Positions 55,745 through 64,000 of a stretch of DNA of 64,000 nucleotides are shown here, piece by piece. The notes beneath the pieces are model-generated. The model searched no databases. It saw nothing but the letters and a program-made list of their open reading frames with translations, and had not been told where the DNA came from. The DNA is taken from contig OZ024745.1 in NCBI GenBank assembly GCA_964016885.1, forward strand, positions 88,226,001 to 88,290,000. The letters run 5' to 3'. This DNA comes from Eledone cirrhosa (lineage: Eukaryota). A program made the translations under genes and the position numbers. Each line of letters opens with the position of its first letter. Positions within the stretch are counted from its first letter, which is position 1.

Positions 55745-58700
55745 TGATTTCATTTATTGGCCACACGGGCTGACATAGAGGGGACAATACAAAAGACTGG
55801 GACAGTGGGGTTTTACAGAAAAATCGAGTAAACAGTATGAATAGCAATAACAAAGTAACAATAGAGTAACAATAACATTACAACAAGAAAAAATTCCCCA
55901 ATAGGGGGGATGACCACCCAGGGTTCGCTCAGGTACCCCACCAGTCCTGAACGACCCGACGCTTCGAGAGCACCCTGGAATGGCACCCTCTCTCCTCCTC
56001 AAATTTACCTACCTACAGCTGCATGACCAGAGTAGGCCCACTCACACGGGCCATTCTCCCCACATTCACCCACCTTTCAGCAAATGTACTGGGGGGCAGC
56101 ACTCCTCTCTCCACCCTCACCTTCCTTTCCAAGTGAAACTTGAAAAAGTTGATGAGGGATTGGCCGAATAAAAAAGTGTCTATCTTTAGTCCTTTCAACC
56201 TCGTCCACCATACAACCTCTTTCGCTACTGCAACCAGACAGAGGAAAATTGCCTGCCCTTCCTGGCCAAAAGAAGGCGGCGGGTCGATCTTCACTATGGA
56301 CTCGGCCGATAGCCGGATCCGTTCTACACGCGACAACAGCTGTTCAACATAACTCCACAAGTCAGTAATGCACGGACACTGGACGAGTGCGTGCAGAACG
56401 GTTTCGTCGCTCTGCGCGCATCTCGGGCAGGTCCGTCTGACAGCACTTCCGTGCCTGTAGAGTTTATCTCGAACCGGCAGTACCCCCCGGTAGCACTGCC
56501 AAGCGAGGGATTTTTGGAAATTATCCATCGTCCCCGGCTCGAAATCCCCCGGTACAGACTGGTTAGTTCGACTTCGTTGACTCCCAGAGACTCTCCGAGT
56601 GCGTCGTCGCACTTGCCCACCACTAATCCTCTATAGAACTCGAGAGGGGAAGTTCCACTGATCGGATTGCCCGCCTGGTAGAGGGCAGTGAGTGCCTGGC
56701 AACATTCCAGATGCCAGTCACCCAGTCTCGGTCTCTTCTTGACCCAGGACTGCAATTCAGTCAAAGAAACGAGCTGAAGAAAAGCCCGTCCCACAAGCGG
56801 CGACCACACTTGTTCACCGTTTAGGCAGAATATCTGGATATGCAGCAGCCTCAGCGCGTGCCTGAGCATCATTAGCCATGGCATGCCCAGCCCTCCACGT
56901 AGAGGGTGCTGGCAGCAGATGGACCGCCTCACCAGCGGAACCTGACCCCTCCACAAGAATTTGAAGAGGAGCCGCTCCAAGATGGCGAGGCGCGAACGGA
57001 GGCAAGTGACGACAGTCAGACGGTAGTAGATGACGGACGCGATGTACGATTTCGCCACCTCCGCCCGACCTTTCAGTAATAGCTTCATCCCAGCCAATTT
57101 CTGGGTGAGACTGGCTACCCTGCTCGTCACCTCGTCCCAATTCTTATCAACCTGGAGGCCTGGCCCGAACCAAACCCCTAGCAACTTTACCGGTCCGTCC
57201 GTCCAGCGCCTAACGACGCTGTTGGACAGCATGTACTTGCCTCTCCAGGTGCCGAGCTGCAAGCCCACCGACTTTTCCAGGTTAAGTTTTGCTCCCGTCA
57301 ACCTTTCATATTCCTCCAATAAGTTGCCGACCACTTCGATTTCTGAGGTGTCCGACACCATCACGGTGATGTCGTCCGCACAAGCCGACACAGCCTTTCC
57401 GCGTCCCGGTTCGAGCGGGATGCCATGCAACAGCTCCAGCTTCCGCAGTAAAGGCTCGAGAGTCAATACGTACAGAAGGGAGGAGAGAGGGCACTCTTGA
57501 CGGACCGATCGGGAGACCACAAACGGTTCCGAGAGGTGGCCATTAATTTTGACCATCGAGCAGGTGCCGCTGTGCATTGCAGCGATCCAGCTTCTGAAGA
57601 CGGAGTCGAAGTCAGCCGCCTTGAGGACAGCCTCCAGGTACCGATGGTCGACCCCATCGAATGCTTTCGATTGATCTAAATTGATCAGAGCCCCACCGAA
57701 GCCAGCTTTACACCCTACCCTCTCTATGATGTATCGCATTAGGTGGAGGTTGTCGTGTATGGACCTGGTTGGGATTGCGCAAGTTTGCGCCTCCCCAACC
57801 AAATCCCCGACGACAACCGCCAACCTCTTCGCTTACACGCTGGCCAAAATCTTAAACTCTGTGTTGAGCAGAGTTATGGGCCTGAAATTGTCTAATGTGT
57901 CTCTCTTGTTCTCGTCTTTCCTTATCAGCGTCACTACGCCCCGGCTCACAGAACTGGGAATACTCCCGTTTTGCTGCCAGTTGCAGTAGAAGGCTTCGAT
58001 GAGATTGGAGAACAACTCTGGCATATTTACGTAAAGCTCGTAGGGCAGACCATCCAAACCGGGTGACATGCGCCTCTTGCAGCCGACAAGGGCATCCTGA
58101 ATCTCGGCTGAAGTAATTGGCATTTCGCAGCGCCCAGCGTCAGTCGTCGAGAGTTGCGGCAAGCTATCGAGGTAGGGATGAAGTCCGCCACCATCTCCGA
58201 CCCGCCACTTCCCCCGAACAACCGAGCAAAATGTTGGCGAAAGGTCTCACACATCCTCTCGGAATCGCTCAGCTCGTGCCCATCTCAGTCCGTCAAAGAC
58301 CGAATCGTGGTTTTATTACCACGCTGCGCCTCTGCCACGGGGGCCCATCGAACAGCTTAGGTTTCCTCGTTTCTCAGAGCACGCGCCTTAGCTATGTCAA
58401 TGTAACCTTCGTGTTTCGCATTGAAGAAATGGTCTAATGCCATTCTCGCCGCTAGCACGTCAGTTGCAATGCCACTACCAATAGCCTCGTCTACCTTATC
58501 TACCGACTCCCCCTACTTTCTATTTTTCTCTAATGCTACTTCTTTGCTAAACTCTATCGACATTACCCTAATCTCTCTTTTGAGAGCCTCCCACCATCTA
58601 TTGTTGAAGACTCCCACTGTAAACTTTTTCTTAACTAAATTGTTGACCTGGTCACTGTAAGCCTTACGTGCCGGAAATGACATGTTTAGCTTCCAGTAAC

Positions 58701-61038
58701 CAGGTCCTAACCTACGCGTCTTATCTAGGACGACCATACAGATCACAAACTTGTGATCTGAATAGGCGACCGTTTCAAAACGTGGAGAGCTTACACTATT
58801 TCTGTCTATTTTCCTAATGAATTTCCTGTCTATATACGATTTAGATGACCCTATGCGGTTAGCCCAGGTCCACACTGGCGCATTAGGGAAATCTAGTCGG
58901 TACCTCTCAGACAGTTGGAACTGACTGATCAGGTTCTTGAGGTTTTGCCCCCCCCCCCCCCCCCCCCGCTCCTATCGGATACTCCCACACAGTCCCAGCG
59001 TGCGTCTATCATGCCGTCCCAGTCCCCCGCTAACATTAAAGGGCGAGACGTACCCAGAAAGGCTTCCAGGCGTCTAAAGAAGCCCGGCCGTCCTGCCCCA
59101 GTAGGAGCATAGACGGCCACTAGTTTAAAGGCACCACCTTCGTTATTGTTCACGTCCAAGACCACCAACTTCCCGTCCGGGTCCCGGAAGATCGACCTTA
59201 CCTCGAGATCCAGGCCTTTCCTAAACAGCACTGCCACCCCGCCTCCCCTTCCCGGCCGGCTAACAGATGCAAAGATCTGATAGTCGTCGAAAATGGGGGA
59301 TAGTGCGCGCGTGTCGGAAATCCTGGTCTCGCTGACGGCAATTACATCCATTTCTATAGACCTGAAGTCGTTGAGCAGGTGACCCTGCTTCCAGGACGAT
59401 CCCAGGCCTCGAACATTTAAACATCCTACTCTTAATACGGCCATGTTGGCAGGTTAAACAGAGAGAGAGGAAGGTTTACATACTTTCCGGGCTCTTGTGA
59501 AAGTCGGGTTGTTCGACATCCATAGTTAGTGAGGTTTATTTTGGGAACCCCTTTAAAAGTCTTGAAGTGGGTTTTACGTTCGGGGTTCCCACGTCCCGAG
59601 GAAAGCTGTCTCGTATTTCTTTGAATATGTCGAGCGACATTCGCAGAAGAACCAAATCTTCCGGCACGCGAAATGTGCTCGATTTAAAAATTTCCCCCTC
59701 TTTTTTTATATTTTCACTTCGTACTACGAGGGCCATCAGTTCTTTGTTGGCCCTCCTGACGAGCACGAAGTTTTGTATGTTTTGTTGGTGTGATTTTATT
59801 TGTTTGCGTGGCTATGGTGGTGATGGTTTTGGTGGTGTTGTTTCAGTTGTATCTGTGTTTGTTGTGAGTGCGGTGTCTGTGGTTTCAGATGTTTGGGTGT
59901 ATATTTGTTCTTGCGTCTGTTTCGGTAGTTTGCGTTTGGGGCATTCTGGTGATGGTGATGGTGGTGTTGGTGTTATTGGAGAGATGTTTGCGTGGGTGGT
60001 GTCTGCGTTTTTATTGTGGGTGCTTTTGTGCTTTGTTGAGTTTTTGAAATCTTTTTGTGTTTCCTTTTTTTGTATTTTGGGGGATTTTGGTTTTGCCTTA
60101 TTTTCACTAATAGTAGATGAGGGGTCTGTGTCTGTAAGTGTGTCTGTATGTATGTTTATGATTTTATTGGTGTGAGTATTTTTTGGGGGATGGAGAATTT
60201 GACTGCTTTCCTCGTTTCCCCCCTGGGTGGTCAATGTTGGTGGTGGTCTTTCTATTGGTGCTGTTGTTGGTGATTTTGCCGGTGCTGGTGTGGGTTGTGG
60301 TCCTTCCCCCGGCGTCGGCAGCAGTGGAGTCTTTCGACCCCTTGCCTCTTTCAGCAGTTGAGGGCAGAAGGCCCGCAAATGGGTTTTTTCCCCATAAACA
60401 AAACACTGCGGCCTTTTGCCTTCGGTCATAATGTGAAGGTGTTCTTGTTTTCGTTGGGGGTGTTGTTGTCGTTGTTCTTGTTGGTGTTAGCACTGTCGCT
60501 GTTATCATTGTTGTCTTTCTTGCCACCGTTGTTCTCTGTGCAGTTGGAATTGTTGCTGTTGGTGTTGTTGCTATTTGTTTTCATGTTAGTGGTGTTGATA
60601 TTGTTGTTGCATTTATTTTTGTTTTTTTTGTTATCTGTATTTTCGTTGTTGCTGTTACTGTCATTTTTTTTAAAATTATAGTTCTCATTGGTATCATTAG
60701 TGTCTTTTTTTACCTTGTTTGTGGTGGTGTTTGTGTTATCAATTTGTGTAAATTTCGCTGTAGCGCTCCTCTCAACTTCTACGTCGTTGTCGCACGACAG
60801 CCGACATATCGCTGGGGGAGTGGCTCAGCCATGTTTTTTTTTTCTTCGTAAATTTGTTAACATGTAAAAAAAGTTCAAATATTTGGATCAAAAGGCCAAC
60901 ATATTATATTTTCCCCTTCATGGGGCAAAGTCTTAGGGCTTATATCCCTTACACAACGAGAAATATTTAACAACAAATAATTTTAACAGGCAAATAAAGC
61001 GACTTACTGTGAGCGGGCAAAATACGTCCGCTTAGACC
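55745..61038 (-). mobile_element. Tx1/L1-clade LINE, apparently full length, decayed
   Basis: ORF1 remnant with zinc knuckle CFVYGEKTHLRAFCP. ORF2 59444->56013 has RVGCLNVRGL, SDH, SPGLDG, LDQSKAFD, SVRQECPLS, ADD and CPRC..SDETVLH...C. AATAAA plus (TTA)n tail. Confidence 0.95.
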
Positions 61039-61059
61039 AATAATAATAATAATAATAAT

Positions 61060-61135
61060 AATAATTGTTTCTACGTTAGGCACAAGGCCAGCAATTAACC
61101 AGTGCATTACTGGTACTTTATTTTATCGACCCCGT
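61060..61135 (-). mobile_element. SINE 3' fragment inserted in (TAA)n
   Basis: Reverse-complement match to 19250-19325, with (TAA)n on both sides. Confidence 0.85.
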
Positions 61136-61140
61136 AATAA

Positions 61141-64000
61141 TAATAATGCTTTCTTTATTAACCACAAGGGTTTACATAAAGTAGACATTAAGGACAGTAC
61201 AGGACAATACAGGACGGTACAAATGGGCATTTCTGCGTGTAAAAAAAGCAAAAACAGAGGATGTAACAAAAAAATAACAATGAAAAATTCCCCAATAGGG
61301 GGGGGGGGGGACTTCCGAGGGAGATTTGTGGAGAAAGCCCATTAAAAGGCCACAGTGACCCTGACCACCAGGGCAAGTGCCTCTCGCAGTTTTCCACCTT
61401 TAATTTACAGACACATACTCAGAGTAGGCCCATTCACTCGGGCCATACTTGCTTCTCTCACCCATCTTTCAACAAAATGCTGGGAAGAGAGCACTTCCCT
61501 CTCTACCCTGATTTTCCTTTTCAAATGAAATTTGTAAAAGTTAATCAGGTCATCAGCGAAGAGGTAAGTGCTCGTCTTCAGCCCTTTCAAACGTGTCCAC
61601 CATACTATCTATTTCGCCATGGCCACCAGACAGATAAAAACTGCCTGCCCTTCCCGACTAAATGAAGAGGGCGGGGCAATCCTCACGATCGACTCAGCTG
61701 ATAGCTGGATCCGTCCTACACGCGACAGCAGGTGTTCGACATAAACCCACAAGTCAGCAATGATCGGACACTGGACGAGTGCGTGCAGGACGGTTTCGTC
61801 GCCCTGCGCGCATCTCGGACATGCCCGGCTGACGGCACCTCCATGCCTGTAGAGTTTATCCCGAACTGGCACAGCTCCTCGGTAGCACTGCCAGGCCAGG
61901 GATATCTGGAAGTTGTCCATAGGCCCTGGCCCGAAAGTTCTTCCGAAGAAATTGGCTAGTTGATTTTCGTCGACGCCTAGAGTTTCTCCAAGTACGTCGT
62001 CTCTCTTACCCTCCTCTAATCCTCTATAGAACGCCAAGGTGGAGTTTCCACTGATCACATTGCCCGATTGGTCGAGGGCTGTGAGCGCCTGAAGACATTA
62101 CAGTCTCCAAGCGCTCCCTCTCGGTCTTCGCTTTACCCAGGAGTGCATTCCTTCAAGGAGACGAGCTGGGGAAAGACGCGTCTAGCAAACGGCGACCACA
62201 CCTGATCACCGTCGAGGAAGAGGTGGAGATGCCGTAGCCTGAGCATCATCAGCCACGGCATGCCCAGCCCTCCACGTAGCGAGTGTTAACAGCAGATGGA
62301 CCGCCTGACCATCGGAGCGCGTCCCTTCCACAAAAAGCGAAAGAGCAAACGCTTCAGCGCAGTCAGGCGGGGCTTAGGACAAGGTACGACGGTCAGGTGT
62401 TGGTAGATGACGGACGCGATGTACGCGTTAGCCACCACCGTTCGACCTTTCAGGTATATCTTCCTCGCCGCCCATTTCTGGGTGAGAGAAGCCACCCTGT
62501 TCGTCACCTCGTCCCAGTTTTTGTCCGCCTGGTGGTCCGGACCGAACCAGACCCCTAGCAATTTAACCGGTTCGTCCGTCCACCACCCGACGATGCTGTT
62601 GGACGGCATGGACCTGCCTCTCCAGGTGCCGAGCTGCATACCCACTGACATTTCCTGGTCACTTTCCTGGACATTCCCTGTCACCGCTTCTTATTCTCTT
62701 AGTGTAGTGCCGATCGCCTCGATGTCTTTGGCGTTCGACACAACTACGGTGACATCGTCCGCATATGCTGACACGGATCTTCCGCATCCTAGTTCGCGCG
62801 GGAACCCCTGAACATCTCCAGTTTGTGCAGTAATGGCTCGAGAGACAATACGTACAAGAGGGACGAGAGGAGACATCCTTGGCGGACCGAGCGCATGATG
62901 TTGAACGGTTCCGAAAGGTGACCGTTCACTCTCATCACAGAGCAGATGTCGCTGTGCATAGCAGCGATCCAGCCTCTGAAGATGGGCCCAAAGCCAGCCG
63001 CTCTCAGGACTGCTGCTAGGTAACGATGGTCGACCCTATCGAAAGCTTTTGACTGATCTAAATTGATCAAGGAGCCACCCGTGCCAGGTTCCCCAGCTAC
63101 CCTCTCTACGATGTATCGCATGAGGTGGAAGTTGTCGTGGATGGATCTGTCGGGAATGGCGCCTCTCCCACCAGACCACAAACGACAAGCGCCAACGTCT
63201 TTGCTAGCACCTTGGCCAAAATCTTGAACTCTGTGTCTAGCAGAGATATGGGCCTGACATTATTTATGTTATCAATCTTGTTCGGATCTTTTCTCAGCAG
63301 CGCCTCAGCTCCTCAGCTTAGAGAGCTGGGAATTCTCCCGTTCTGTTGCCAGTTGCAGTGGACATCCGCCAAGAGGCCTCCGAACAAGTCTGGCATCTGT
63401 ACGTAAAGTTCAAAGGGCAGACCATCCAAACCAGGCAATTTATCTCTTGTGCAGCCAGTCATTGCCTACCGTACTTCAGCGGTTGTTATCGGCTTTTCGC
63501 AACACTCCGCCTCAGTGGCCGAGAGCCGCGGCAGTCCCTCGAGGTAGACACTAAAGTCCATCCTTCGATCCGGCCCGCCGCTTCCCCCGAACACCTGCGC
63601 GAAGTGTCGCTGAAAAGCTTCACACATTTGCCCGGGATCGAGTAGCATGCGCACCTCGTGGTACACCAAAGACCAGATCGTGGCTTTGTTGCCACGACGC
63701 GCCTCCGCCACGCGGGCCCATTGAAAGGCTTTCGTCTCCTCGTGTCTGAGAACACGCACCATAGCTCTGACAACGCAGCCTTCGTGCTTTGCATTGAAGA
63801 ATTGATCAAGGGCCAATTTCACCGCAAGTACGTTGGTCGCGATGCCTTTGCTAAGCGCCTCGTCTAATTTTCTAACTTGTTCTCCCTCTGCTCTATTTTT
63901 CTCTATTGCTAAAGCCTTACTAAGCCTAATGGACTCTATTCTAATCGCTCTTTTCAGAGCAAACCACCACTTGTTGTTGACGATGGTCCCCGTCAACGCC
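61141..64000 (-). mobile_element. Tx1/L1-clade LINE ORF2 plus 3' UTR, runs off window end
   Basis: INLDQSKAFDRVDH, SVRQGC, YADD, CPRCAQGDETVLH and a (TTA)n tail. Confidence 0.95.

Noticed and set aside
59567-60681. Hydrophobic plus-strand ORFs
   Set aside because: They are antisense shadows of the Thr/Asn/Pro-rich Tx1 ORF1.

Overview
This window is AT-rich eukaryotic (metazoan) DNA saturated with (TA)n, (TG)n, (GA)n and (ATGT)n microsatellites. The repeat content suggests a cephalopod such as Octopus, which is an inference. I recognise no host protein-coding gene, and most ORFs in the supplied track are microsatellite artefacts. The window is a nested collection of mostly decayed mobile elements: (i) five Penelope-like retroelements (PLEs), four of Naiad type (RLRWR and DKT motifs, C-terminal GIY-YIG), one of them near full length with direct pLTRs; (ii) three Tx1/L1-clade LINEs; (iii) one RTE LINE plus a head-to-tail array of four non-autonomous RTE derivatives of about 600 bp; (iv) one decayed autonomous and two non-autonomous Helitrons; (v) seven copies or fragments of a tRNA-derived MetaSINE-like SINE; (vi) a probable hAT MITE. 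The most striking unannotated signal is about 15 hammerhead-ribozyme (HHR) core motifs. They lie in PLE pLTRs and in small non-coding fold-back or tandem modules embedded in (TA)n tracts, resembling retrozymes. They include U3:A8 and GCAA core variants and one with a 116-nt stem II insert. All folds were read by eye, not computed.
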